A DNA stretch of 63,306 bases, the filler included, from Octopus bimaculoides (taxonomy: Eukaryota), in NCBI RefSeq assembly GCF_001194135.2. It is 6 parts of 6 records of this genome, joined end to end, with 100 filler letters (N's around TTAATTAATTAA, not from the genome) between each part and the next. Parts side by side here need not be neighbours in the genome. Positions count along the whole stretch, not along the records: positions 5,827 to 26,115 come from NC_068981.1; 5 more parts are not named here. The stretch is one strand, 5' to 3'. The position numbers and the translations under genes are program-made. Shown here piece by piece: positions 10,226 to 22,740 of the stretch (its first letter is position 1; every line of letters starts with the position of its first letter). The notes under the pieces are model-generated. The model searched no databases. It saw nothing but the letters and a program-made list of their open reading frames with translations, and was not told where the DNA came from.

Positions 10226-11850
10226 AATACTTCATTTAGAGAATTAACATTGCTTATATATATATATTTATATATATATATTTATATATATAAAATATTA
10301 AGTATGTTTTAAAATGTATGGGATATTTAGGGAGTGCGTTTTGCACCTCCTATATATATATATCACGCATAAATCCTTACATGTAAAATTTATTTATATG
10401 TAATTTCATATATTTTTATATTTCTACTATATTTTTATGTATGCTTGGTTTTACTCTTTACACCCTTGGTGAATCTTCACACCTGTGCATGCAGGGCTTA
10501 TACTAATGTGTATAAATATATATATGATTCAGCTACTTTGATTGACTGTTTTCATTTAAGCGTTCGAGAATCTGTTTGCCGACGAAAATTGCGTTTTCAA
10601 TTTTCTCTACTCTCTATTTTTGTGTGTGTATATGCGTGTGTGTTTATTTTCACGTGTCTTTCTAAACTGTACGTGTATAGGTGTGTGTCTGTGTATAGAT
10701 TATATAAATTCAGTTCATCTTTTCTTAATCAAGAAAAAAATTATTTCTGACTAATTTTACCCTTTAATCCCCGAAAAATTAATACAATCCTTTGTGACTC
10801 TCATGATTGCAGATCAGAGACAATGACTAGTCCTATCGCTAAGACAAGAATATACAGACGAGTCATATCCAGACCTACTTTTTGTGATACTCTCAGCGGA
10901 AACTGTACTCAAAATTATAAGTCTACGAGCTGACTCATGCACCAGGAATGTTAGTTTGATAATTCAAACGGATGTGACTGAAGGGAAATCACAACAAAAT
11001 GACCTGAGATAAAGATAAAATAGACCATTATACTTTCTGATATCCAAAAGACTATCCCAGAGGAGAGGTAAGAGAGGGTTATGCACAATCGTAAACAGTC
11101 ATTGAATTGCAACGAATAACAGCCGCTAACCGCTTGAATTGAAGAATGTTTGTATCTCATAGACGCCAATCCTTGAGGTATTTCTTTTTTTAATTCCGTT
11201 AATATAGAGGCAAACTTCTGTTGTTATTGTGAAAGCAGATTTGAATGATGGACAGAAGGAAAAGGAAAGTATGGCTGATAAGTTCTTACTCATAAGCTAC
11301 ATCCCAAACTTAAGGAAAACCTTTTAAAATGATACACCTAGTGGAGAGGGCATCAGCTGTGCGAATTGTCGGAGGAAATTACACACACACACAGACATGG
11401 AATCCAGTTAGCTAAATCATGGCTAGTACGATTATGCATGTGTGAGGGTTGCGTGCATGTGCGTGCAGTGTGTGTATGTGTGTGTTTGTGTATGCTTATG
11501 CATGTGTGTGGTGGGGGGCATGTGAATATTTAAATCTAGGTTTGTGCTTAATAGATTTTCAGTTCTCTTTTCTTAGTAGTTAGTAATTATACGACGACAG
11601 CTATATACTGTTTGAGGACGTGGTCCGCTGAGTGACTCGGGCGTTCGTATGTTTACTGTTAAGTTTAGTCTGTTATACTTTAGGTGGGTATCTGAATGTT
11701 AATTTCTTATTTAATCGCAATTATGAACTAATGAAACGAAAACTTATTAGCGTTAATGAAGATCTTTCTTAGAAGAGTCAAGGGAGATAACTCCATAAAT
11801 TTCATTTAATTAATTATACAGAGAAAAGAATAGGGAATGGATGGAAGAAG

Positions 11851-11852
11851 GA

Positions 11853-11902
<50 letters not shown>
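11851..11902. repeat. (GAAA)n microsatellite
   Basis: Direct reading. Confidence 0.95.
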
Positions 11903-11904
<2 letters not shown>

Positions 11905-12690
11905 CAGAAACCCAGTTCTACTCTCTTCTCTTGTAGAGTAATTTCCTTCTCTTTGTACTGTGTCCCAACTATTTCAAGTTGTTGATTTTACATAATCTCA
12001 TTAATATTCTTTGCTACTTACCAATTGATTACGCGTTAATTAGGCTCCATTCACTATGCCTTAGACTTAATCTCATTTATCAGTTTTCCTTAAAGACATT
12101 TTCTTGACGTCTTTGATTAACTAATTTCTTCCAAAGTCATTCTGAATTTATGTACGAAAAAAAAAACGAAAGAAAACTTCCATTTTTTTTTTCAAGATAA
12201 TATCCGGCACATGTTAAGTGTTTTACGCTTAACAACAACAGCAACTATAAAAACAACAACAACAGTAATGAATATGCAAGCAGCAGTAGCAATTCCATCA
12301 GACATAGCAACAGTATCAAACCTACAATTAACTACAACAATATTGGAACGAATAAGAGAAAAGTCTTTTCTTCGGTGCTCAGTTAAGTCTTCTACAAAAC
12401 TCGCCTTACTATATTAGTAAAATGAACGAAGGACATGTTTCATAATGTAATGGAAGTTTCCGAGGGCCTCGGAATTTTTGTTGATTGGCCATTGGCCAGT
12501 GACGGGATTATGTTTACGAAAGAAGTTGCTGAGAGCTAAAGAGAATGTAAGTCTCTTCTTTTTTGGAAAGAAATCATGACAGTGGCAAATACTGTACGGG
12601 CAAGAAAAGCAGTAACCAACATTTTACAAAATAGATTATCTTTGTATGTATCCACATACATATACCTACACATATGTCTATATATATAGA

Positions 12691-12812
12691 GGCGTAGGAG
12701 TGGCTGCGTGGTAAGTAGCTTGCTTACGAACCACATGGTTCTGGGTTCAGTCCCACTGCGTGGCACCTTGGGCAAGTGTCTTCTACTTTCGCCTCGGGCT
12801 ATAGTAGAAGAC
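12691..12812 (+). mobile_element. SINE family B 5' half ending in a short fold-back
   Basis: A-box-like TGGCTGCGTGG, B-box-like GGGTTCAGTCC. gtcttctact (12778-12787) is inverted at 12803-12812. Confidence 0.88.
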
Positions 12813-13089
12813 ATTAATCGCACACATGAACTAAAATGGACCCTCGACATCCATGTTTAGTAAAAAAAAACTTTTATTTCATTTTTATTATTTTATTATT
12901 TTATTATTTTTTATTATTAATATTTTTTTTTCCTTATANNNNNNNNNNNNNNNNNNNNNNNNNNNNNNNNNNNNNNNNNNNNNNNNNNNNNNNNNNNNNN
13001 NNNNNNNNNNNNNNNNNNNNNNNNNNNNNNNNNNNNNNNNNNNNNNNNNNNNNNNNNNNNNATATATATATATATATATATATATAAAT

Positions 13090-13780
13090 TCTGTACGACT
13101 CTCTTACTATTTTTCTTAGCCCCTTCACACTTTTTTCGTTCTTTCCACTTTTCTTTTTCTCTCACATTTCTTGGCCTTCCCTTCATTTTCATTTTCCCTC
13201 CACTTTTTCTTCATTCTGTCCCTTTCCTTTCTTTTTTTCTTTTTCTCGCTTTCTCGTCCCTCCCTAATTATTCAAACCCCCTGCCCCTACCTCTCTCCTC
13301 TCTATCTACGTGACCGGTGTTACACTAAGCCTGACCTTTCTTTCTTGGTTCGACTACCATCCGTGTAGCATCTCTTATATTCGTTCCCATGACTCTCATC
13401 TCTTATGTCCCTTCCGCAAGGCTTCACTTCCACACACAACAACTTAATTTAATTCGTCCTTAGTCGAAAGACACCTGTTGTTAATGTCCAGTTTTTTGTA
13501 TTTGTAATTGTGTACCATTTCTCCGTTTTTCGTACTTGTTTTCGTACACATTCGCTTGCTTTCTTCCATAGAATCTACTAATTTCAGCTTAGATTGGTGC
13601 AGTCTCGAGTCTAACCAGCCAAAACTGCTAAGATAATCTGGAACTCGACTGAGGATAGGAAGCTCTGAATGATCCGTCCCTTGTTTTTTCCTGTCTTTTT
13701 TTTTGTATCGTCTGACAGTCCGGATAATTTGTTATCGCCTGTTGCGTTCTTGTTCCATTTTTCGTTTTCTTTATATATAT
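13090..13780. mobile_element. Unclassified ~690-bp block inserted between (TA)n arrays, possibly a non-autonomous Penelope-like unit
   Basis: Pyrimidine-rich block then structured sequence, with (TA)n on both sides. Layout resembles the 45-kb unit. Confidence 0.35.
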
Positions 13781-14485
13781 ATANNNNNNNNNNNNNNNNN
13801 NNNNNNNNNNNNNNNNNNNNNNNNNNNNNNNNNNNNNNNNNNNNNNNNNNNNNNNNNNNNNNNNNNNNNNNNNNNNNNNNNNNNNNNNNNNNNNNNNNNN
13901 NNNNNNNNNNNNNNNNNNNNNNNNNNNNNNNNNNNNNNNNNNNNNNNNNNNNNNNNNNNNNNNNNNNNNNNNNNNNNNNNNNNNNNNNNNNNNNNNNNNN
14001 NNNNNNNNNNNNNNNNNNNNNNNNNNNNNNNNNNNNNNNNNNNNNNNNNNNNNNNNNNNNNNNNNNNNNNNNNNNNNNNNNNNNNNNNNNNNNNNNNNNN
14101 NNNNNNNNNNNNNNNNNNNNNNNNNNNNNNNNNNNNNNNNNNNNNNNNNNNNNNNNNNNNNNNNNNNNNNNNNNNNNNNNNNNNNNNNNNNNNNNNNNNN
14201 NNNNNNNNNNNNNNNNNNNNNNNNNNNNNNNNNNNNNNNNNNNNNNNNNNNNNNNNNNNNNNNNNNNNNNNNNNNNNNNNNNNNNNNNNNNNNNNNNNNN
14301 NNNNNNNNNNNNNNNNNNNNNNNNNNNNNNNNNNNNNNNNNNNNNNNNNNNNNNNNNNNNNNNNNNNNNNNNNNNNNNNNNNNNNNNNNNNNNNNNNNNN
14401 NNNNNNNNNNNNNNNNNNNNNNNNNNNNNNNNNNNNNNNNNNNNNNNNNNNNNNNNNNNNNNNNNNNNNNNNNNNNNNNNNNNNN

Positions 14486-14550
<65 letters not shown>

Positions 14551-14561
14551 TAGATAGATAT

Positions 14562-14600
<39 letters not shown>
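14486..14600. repeat. Compound (GA)n-(GACA)n-(GATA)n microsatellite
   Basis: Direct reading. Confidence 0.95.
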
Positions 14601-14665
14601 CTAAGGTGCCACGCAGTGGAACTGAACCCGGACTTACACGGCTGGAAGCACACTTCTTACCACAC
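14601..14665 (-). mobile_element. SINE family B head fragment
   Basis: aaggtgccacgcagtgg.actgaacccgg. Confidence 0.75.
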
Positions 14666-14778
14666 GTATATCTGTATATATGTATATATCTGCACACACA
14701 CAGACGCGCTCGCACACACACGCACCCGCACGCAAATGTATATATAATACGTATGTAGTATGCTTGGATGTAGTATAC

Positions 14779-14863
<85 letters not shown>

Positions 14864-15899
14864 TGTGTGTGTGTATGTGTGTGTGTATGTATATATATAT
14901 ATATATATATATATTCATAAACACACCAGTTTCTAATAACAGATAAGAGTAGGTAAGCACAAATGTTAGCCCTTGTCATTTGAACGCTCATTAAACAAAC
15001 TCGCCATGTAAAATTCGATCTACATTAGAATAGCGATATTTGCCAATATGTTTTACAAGTTACTATCAATAAGCTAGCGGCTAGACGCAGATACGATGTC
15101 GTTACAGATTCTGTACCTCAGCCAAAATTATGTATGAGCTCAATACCTATCCAAACATGCTTAAGATTGTAGCTGAAGGCATTCTTAAATGTTTATTACT
15201 CCTCGTTGACTAAAACGGATTCTCTCGTCTGACTTCAGAAGCAATCTATCTACAGACGTAATTGCTGGATAAAAATCGAAAGAATTAGAGGAAGAAGAGA
15301 CGAAATAATAACAAATGTGTCAATATTTAGCGGTAAGGTGTTTGCCTTTCTCATATATATCATATATCACTTAAACAATTGCAACTTGTTTATTGATGAA
15401 AGATAAAGAAACGGTTAATTCTCCCAGCCAGTTACTTTGGATCACCGCCATTACGGGATGACGATTCCGTCTGGTCTTCTTAGCAAGCAGACGATTAGTA
15501 CTATTGTGAAGCTGATTGCATTGAAATGGATGGACGGACATGAGGTTGGAAGTGGAGAGAGAGACAGAGAAGTAGCAGGAAATTTGTCTGAACGAAGTTA
15601 ATGATGGAGTGTGAAAGAAATGATACCATAAGAAAGCACGGAGAAGTGAAGAAAGAACTTGATTAGCCCCGACCGCGGTGGAGATGGTTGTAGCAATGTT
15701 GGCGATAAAGCCGTCGTCGTAGTCATAGATATAATGGTGCTGGTGTTGGCTTCATTAAAGGGGTCTCACCGAACATTTGGGACGGTAACAAATACAAAAT
15801 ACGAATAACGTTACGAATTGGAGGACTGGACACCGGGCAGTTAACTTAATAGCACTGTGATATACTCCAGATCTGGCTAACCATATCGAAAGATAGGCA

Positions 15900-15901
<2 letters not shown>

Positions 15902-15932
<31 letters not shown>

Positions 15933-16165
15933 TGTATGTATGTATGTGTGTGTGTGTGCATGTATATATGTATGTATGTGTGTATGTATCTATGCATATG
16001 TGCAGATTTGTATGTTTGTATGTATGTATGTTTGTTTGTATGTATGTATATGTGCAGATTTGAATGTTTTGTTTGTATGTATGTATGTGTGTATGTATGT
16101 ATGTATGTATGTTTGTTTGTTTGTATGTATGTTTGTTTGTTTGTATGTATGTATGTATGTATTCA
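15902..16165. repeat. (TATG)n/(TTTG)n compound microsatellite
   Basis: Direct reading. Confidence 0.9.
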
Positions 16166-16304
16166 CATGCATATAGTTGCATATCTAGACATGCTCATAT
16201 ATGTATGGATATTTATATGTAAGTACATGTGTGCGTGTGTGTATGTGTCTGTATGTGAGTGTGTGAATTTGTGAGTGTGTGTGTCTGCAACAAGTAAAAG
16301 ATAG

Positions 16305-16357
<53 letters not shown>

Positions 16358-16389
16358 TACATACACATTCCTGGAACCCCTCCCCTCTT

Positions 16390-16950
16390 TCACTCGCTGT
16401 CTTTTACTTCTGTCAATGAACTGTATCCACGACGGGGCACTGCCCTAAAAGGTTTAATCGATCAAATCGACCAAGGTACTGTGGTCTGATATTTATTCTC
16501 TGGCCCTTTGTACCGAATCTCTAAATTTCGGGACGTAAACAAATAAACACCGGTTGTCGAGCAGTCGGAAACAAAACCATCGATATGCGCCCACGCATAA
16601 AAGTGGCTGTGTGGTAAGTAGCTTGCGTACCAACCACATAGTTCTGGGTTCTATTACAGCCTCAGGCCGACCAAAGCCCTGTGAGTGGATTTGGTAGACG
16701 GAAACTGAAAAAAGCCTATCGTATGTACATAAGTAGATATATATATATGTATATTTGTGTGTTTTTGTGTGTCTATGTTTGTCCCCCACCCCATTTCACC
16801 CAACATCGCTTGACGTTTACGTGGCCGTAACTTAGCAGTTCGGCAAAAAGGACCGATAGAATAAGTCCTGGGGTTGATTTGATCGACAAAAGGCGGTGCT
16901 CCAGCTTGTCCGCAGTCAAATGACTGAAACAAATAAAAGAATAAAAGAAT
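16390..16950. mobile_element. Two SINE family B copies: degenerate 3' part on minus (16390-16570) and near-full copy on plus (16590-16950)
   Basis: Shared motifs gtggctgtgtggtaagtagcttgc, ggatttggtagacggaaactgaaa, cagtcaaatgactgaaacaa. Confidence 0.85.
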
Positions 16951-17239
16951 ACACACACACACACATATACATATACATATATATATATATATATATATAT
17001 GCGTGTGTTGGTTTGTGCGTGTGTAGCAATTCTGTACGTGGTACTAAACCGTATAGCCGTGTAGCCTAACGGAATCTCAAGATTGTGTTTGTATTTTTTA
17101 GACTAAAATTTGAAGTGGTTTTATATTTCGTGGTTCATAAAGCAATAGCGATCGATCTAATGAAGAATATTTCATCTACAGCAGAATGGAAGATTACACT
17201 TAAATGAATATAGTGAAATAATGGTTTTAATGAGAAAGA

Positions 17240-17526
17240 CGGAGTGAGAGTAAGAGGGTGGAATGTAAAAGCGAGAGAGGGAGAGAGAGAGAGAGAGAGA
17301 GAGAGCTAGGGAGAGAGAAAGAGAGAGCGAGAGAGCGAGGGTGAAAGCGTGTGTAGGAAAAAAGGAGTGAGAGAGAGAGAGAAAGAAAAGGACAAAGGAA
17401 GAAAAAGCTTTTGTGATTATGGTTTATAATGAAGAGAGAGAGAGAGCGAGAAAACGAGAGAAAGAAATAAAGAGATAGAAGAGAGGGTGTACGTATCTGT
17501 GTACGAGCATGATGTAAAAGTGTGAG

Positions 17527-17566
<40 letters not shown>

Positions 17567-17650
17567 GAAGTGAAATAAGGAGAGAGAAAAAGAGTGTGTA
17601 TTTGTGTGTATGATGTATAATGAAAAGAGACAGATAAAAGAGAGATGAGC

Positions 17651-17682
<32 letters not shown>

Positions 17683-18400
17683 GCGAGGGAAAGTGCGTGT
17701 GTGTTAGAGTGTGAGTCTGTGTTATTGTGTGTGTGTGTGTGAGTGTATGCGTGTGAATGAGTGATTGTAATGTGTGCTGGAGAAGGAAAGAACGAGATTT
17801 TTGTGAGTAGAGCTTACTGCTCAGGAATACGATAGAAACTAATGAATGATTAAACATATAGAGAAAAGTGTGTGTGTGTGCTTGTATTGTGCATTGTTAT
17901 GTGTGGGTTTGTGTTTGTGTATATGTGTGATGTGTGTGTGTGTGTGTGGTTTGTGTTTGAGTGTGTGTGTGGTGGGGAATGAGAAAGAGGAAGATCATTA
18001 ATTATTGACCCGAGGAAATAAAGAAATAGATTAGTTCCAGAGAAATAAGGGGTTTACTGCATGACAAATAAAAGAGAGAAAAAGGAAAGCGATGGAGAAA
18101 GAGAGAGAGAGAAGGGGGAGAGAAAGGAGTGAGAGGACGGGGAGGGAAGTGGAAGGAAGATGTTGCGATAAGGGAGACAACAAGAAAAACAGAATAAACA
18201 AAAACAGTGGAAATCGTGGAATACGAAGTTTCAGTGGCACACACTTCACAAGTACATATGCACACATACACACAAACACATGCACATACACAGATGTACA
18301 CTTACACACATGTACACAAACACAAAGGCGACACAATCTCTCACACATACACAGTGACACACACACACAGTGACATAAAGAAATACATACAAACGTGCAC
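17240..18400. repeat. GA- and GT/CA-rich low-complexity tract
   Basis: Direct reading; source of spurious S/L/H/T-rich ORFs. Confidence 0.85.
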
Positions 18401-19280
18401 CTAAATAGAAATAAAAAAAAAGCAGCTAAGAAAAATATCTCAAGTGAGCCATTGGCATAAATTCATCAATTCTAGTTAGTAGCGATGTATTAAATGATGT
18501 ATGCAACGATTCAAAAACAATAGAAATTTCCTTTTTAAGTGGAAAAAGTAAACAAAAACCTAATGGTAATTATTAGTGTGTCTGAAAAATGGGGAGATCA
18601 TTTCAACCAATCAAATGAAATTTGGAGAAAACTAAAGATACATGACAAAAGAAGATATCTGGGTTTGTTAGTGGGCAAAGAAAGAAACGGCTGATAATTT
18701 CGCAGCAATTAGTCTTAATGTTTTGAAATATCTTACGTTCCTATATTTTTGAAAATTACCAATAATTTTTATACTCTTTCCCCACCTAAGTATGATATTT
18801 AGGAATTTTTTTGCTTTCGTCATTTAGTAGCTCCCGAAACTGCTGGCCTTGTGCCAAAATTTTGAAACCAACATTAAGTCAAATAGTGATACACATAAAC
18901 AAAGAATTACTTGAGTTTGTAATGTCTTTATGCCGAAGAGAGATGAGAAACCTTATAGTTATGCGTTATTTCTTCGTCTAAGAACGAAAAATAAAGAAGC
19001 GTTTCATTTTTTATTTGTGTGATTTTAATATATTCATTTTAATCTTTTATTCTTTACTTTTCTAGTCAATGGTCTGCTACCATGCTGTGCCACCAGTTTC
19101 AAGGGGTTAGTCAAGCAAAACAATACCTGTATTTGTTTTTATGGGGTTTCTTTTTAAAGTCTGGTGCTTATCTTGTCGATTTGTTTTACCTAATCACTAA
19201 CTTTAACAGAACGGAAACAAACTAACAGCAGTTCATTATTATACATCTGACGGATATATGTTCTCATCTTGTTTGTTGTT

Positions 19281-19326
19281 AGCACAACGTTTCGGCTGAT
19301 ATACTCTCCAGCATTCTTCAGGTGTC
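19281..19326 (-). ncRNA. Minimal type I hammerhead ribozyme motif (degenerate copy)
   Basis: GACAC-CUGAAGA-A-UGCUG[GAGAGUAUAU]CAGCC-GAAAC-GUU-GUGCU. Palindromic ACGU stem III; mismatch at 10.1/11.1. Confidence 0.75.
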
Positions 19327-19338
19327 CTGGGGAAAATT

Positions 19339-19425
19339 TTATTATTATTATTATTCCGGTTACTAGAATCGAACTTGGAATCTTGAAGTTAGTAGCCTGC
19401 GCTCATAATCACTACACCATATGCC
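19339..19425 (-). mobile_element. tRNA-like head with (AAT)n tail (family C)
   Basis: Minus strand GGCATATGGTGTAGTGATT (A box) ... AAGTTCGATTCT (B box), then (AAT)n. Same family as 46475-46601. Confidence 0.8.
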
Positions 19426-19542
19426 TGAGGGAAATTATGGAGTGAATTTTAGGGCTTATAAGTCTAATATTTTCCTATCCTTCCTTAATACCGTTTCCCA
19501 TATACTACTCATATCTTCACTAGGTCTGCTTAGGTGGTTATT

Positions 19543-19583
19543 ATGAAGAAGGCTGGAGAGTATATCAGCTGAAACGTTGTGTT
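19543..19583 (+). ncRNA. Second hammerhead motif, 5'-truncated (C3 and the stem I 5' strand lost)
   Basis: AUGAAGA-A-GGCUG[GAGAGUAUAU]CAGCU-GAAAC-GUU-GUGUU. Confidence 0.65.
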
Positions 19584-20054
19584 AATAAGAAACAAGATGA
19601 AGACAAATATCTGTCAAATGTAAATCATGTAAATAATGTAAATAATATACAGAATTCCTCGTCTCTTAAATATAGAACTGTGATAACAGCAGTTGTCACG
19701 CGGTGGAAAGAGACAAAAAAACACAAAGACATACACACATATACGATAGCTTCCAATGAGTTTTTGTAAACCATATCCATTCACAAAGTATTACTCGTCT
19801 CGGGACTATATTAGAAGGCACTTGTCCAAAGTGTCGCGGAGTGGGACTGAACACCAAACAGCGTGGTTACAAAGTGAGCTTCCTAAACACACAATTTCCC
19901 CTTCTTTTTCTTTTACTGTTTATTTTATTCATTTATTCAGCCGATGATTTTTGCGGGAGCGTTAGAATCAAGAAACTCATTAAGATTCTGTCGTACATTT
20001 TACTGACGCTTGTCATCAACACTTCTCTCAGATTCTATCTGCTTACTTGTTATA

Positions 20055-20926
20055 CGAGGTCGTATCGAAACGTCCCCGGTCTAGTTCTCTAGCGCACCAA
20101 CGGATGGTAGCACGATGTTGCGTGCGCAATGAAAGGCAGCAGTGACATTCAGCAGGTAGTGTGCCAAGTGAAATCTCGCCGTTTACTTCGCAAGTTGTGA
20201 AATTTGTGTTTTTGTGATCCGGAGCAAAGGGCCAACGCGAAATTTTGCGTTATAGTTGAGAAGTCTGTTGCAAAGACACTAAGCACGCGTCAACAAGCTT
20301 ATGGCGTCGAGGCACTGAGTCTTACGCAACGTTACGAGGGGTACGAGCGATTCAAAGGCGGACAAATGACGTCTCTGAAGGGCAATGAGCGATCTGGAAG
20401 ACATGTCACAAGCGTTACTTACGAGATGAGGTATTGTAAATCGAGAATTCGTCCCACTGGGTCAGATCATCAATCGAGAGTTCTATTGCGATGTTATGAA
20501 GCGCTTAGAGGAGGACATTCGTCGAAGGCGACTGGATCTGTGGAGCACAAACGATTGGATTCTTTGTGACAACAATGCACCCTGTCACCGAGCTCTCTTC
20601 ACCCGTGAGTTTCTCACCAAAAACAACATGGTATCACCTCCACACCAGCCCTATTCACCAGATTTAGCACCTCTATTTAAAGTGCAGCTCAAAGGTCTCT
20701 GTTTTAACACGTTTGTCGAGATCTACAGCGAATCGTTGAAGATACTCGACTCGCTTACGGAAGATGACTTCCAGCCAGGATTCCAAAAGTGACAGGGACG
20801 CTGGGACCGGTGTATTACTGCGCAAGGAGAGTATTTCGAAGGAGATGGTGTTAAAACTTAGGTAAATAATTTTTTTTAAATGTTTATTAAACATTACTAG
20901 ACCGGGAACTTTTTGATGCCACCTCG
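20055..20926 (+). mobile_element. Internally deleted, defective mariner transposon
   Basis: ~31-bp imperfect TIRs (CGAGGT...CCCGGTCTAGT) with TA TSD. N-terminal EQRANAKFCV...ERSGR and C-terminal CDNNAPCH...PYSPDLAP...RWDRCITAQGEYFEGD. Central catalytic region missing. Confidence 0.93.
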
Positions 20927-21552
20927 TATAAAGCTTAAGTAAGGCGTGTGTTTCTGTGTGTGTTTGTATATGTGGTTCGGATGTGGTTCCCTAGCAAAAT
21001 GGGATCAGATTCAAATGAAATTTGTATTCTTCACATGTCCAACATTGTATGCTCACAGCACGAGATTAAAAAGATCAGAAATATCTGAGAGAAAATCTAA
21101 ACAGTTGTATATGAGTTTGTTCCTAATAAAATCCATCCTTCATATGTCATATAATGTGGTACTTAATAGTAAAACATTTTACATGGACAAAAGAAGACAT
21201 ACAAAGAGACAGACAAACAGGCACGCAGACAGGCACACAGAAGGCTGGCAGACAGACAAAAGCATACACAAACACACACACACACACACACATATATATA
21301 TGTATATATATATATATATATANNNNNNNNNNNNNNNNNNNNNNNNNNNNNNNNNNNNNNNNNNNNNNNNNNNNNNNNNNNNNNNNNNNNNNNNNNNNNN
21401 NNNNNNNNNNNNNNNNNNNNNNNNNNNNNNNNNNNNNNNNNNNNNNNNNNNNNNNNNNNNNNNNNNNNNNNNNNNNNNNNNNNNNNNNNNNAATACAGGA
21501 GTACATATATATACATTTCTTTTTCTCTCTCTAGACATACACATATATGAAG

Positions 21553-21608
<56 letters not shown>

Positions 21609-21651
21609 ACCTTGGTAACTGGTAGATAGATTGATAGAGAGGTAGGTAGTA

Positions 21652-21697
<46 letters not shown>

Positions 21698-22214
21698 TAA
21701 AAAGCAAGTGATAAATAAAGATAGATTTGTTAAGCAAGCTTTCTTTGTATTCCGGCAAAGGGATTTAAGTGTACATGATGGATTGATAGTAAAGCTTGCC
21801 ATCTTTCAACTGACATGATTGCAAATCAAATGACAATAACACCACACACACACACACACATCACACACACACACACACACACACGCATACACAGACACAT
21901 ACACACTTATAAACAGATGTGTAGATATTGAGAGAGACAAGGTGGAGGGTATTAGTTGAAGCTTGTATTTGCGTTAGCTGTTGGTGAGGATTAGCTATTG
22001 AGAATCAGGGTGCAGGTTGCAGATTTGCAGGTGAAGAGAAATGCATTGAAGATTTATTTCCAGGAGCGGATCTCTTCTTCAGCTACTGTGTATAGCTAGT
22101 TACGTATTATGCATTATGCATTATGTATTCAGTTTATTATGTATAGAACGTTGAGGAAGGAAGGAGAATGTAAAAGCTGAGAATTAAAAAAATCTCCTAT
22201 GTATCTGCTTCGCC

Positions 22215-22275
22215 ATCGTCATCATCATCATCTCCTGCTATTTTTCAATATCTTCACTATTTAACAATAGCATCG

Positions 22276-22307
<32 letters not shown>

Positions 22308-22472
22308 TTCGTCGTCGTTGTAGTCGACATTTTCACCAACATCAGCAGCAGTAGCAGCAGCTGCAACTGTGGCAGCGATGTCAACATCATCACCATCTTT
22401 CCCAACATCATCATCATCATCATTTTAATCATCGGCAGCGTCGTCACAGTTGCCGTCGTCGTCATCATTTTG

Positions 22473-22511
<39 letters not shown>

Positions 22512-22611
22512 TTCATCAACCTCTACCATCATCTTCATCATCATCATCATCATCATCATCATCTACCATTATCATTATCCCTTCTTCGTCATCGGCATCG
22601 TTTTTCTCCAT

Positions 22612-22647
<36 letters not shown>

Positions 22648-22740
22648 GTCATCATCTTCTTCTTCGTCGTCGTTGTCGTCAACAACAACAACAGCTTCAT
22701 CAGAATCATCGTCACTCGTACCACCACCCTATCGCCACTC
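22215..22740. repeat. (CAT)n/(CGT)n trinucleotide low-complexity tract
   Basis: Direct reading. Confidence 0.9.

Larger units (their letters stand above)
19234..19683. mobile_element. 450-bp non-autonomous Penelope-like insertion with inverted arms, two hammerhead motifs and an internal tRNA-like Pol III head
   Basis: 11-bp TSD TAACAGCAGTT (19223-19233, 19684-19694). 79-nt arms 19242-19320 and 19544-19622 are reverse complements, ~87% identical by eye. Confidence 0.8.
19060..19870 (-). mobile_element. Degenerate SINE family B interrupted at 19234-19683
   Basis: B-family motifs resume after the insertion (gtcacgcggtgg...cacttgtccaaagtgtcgcggagtgggactgaac). Confidence 0.75.

Noticed and set aside
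10820-10940. AKTRIYRRVISRPTF, faintly like the RTE C-terminal KxRIYxxxVRPxL motif
   Set aside because: Too short and degenerate to annotate
13645-13680. CUGAGGA-U-AGG-AAGC-UCU-GAAU as a hammerhead
   Set aside because: No GAAA/UH stem III and no complementary stem I strand
13628-14991. Long ORFs of 200-400 aa spanning N runs (also at 2, 24.7, 46, 54, 57.5, 59, 60.5 and 62.5 kb)
   Set aside because: Open only because N and dinucleotide repeats contain no stop codons
15420-15600. Open frame after a ttctcccAG acceptor-like site (PVTLDHRHYGMTIPSG...)
   Set aside because: No convincing donor or recognisable motif; drifts into GA-rich sequence
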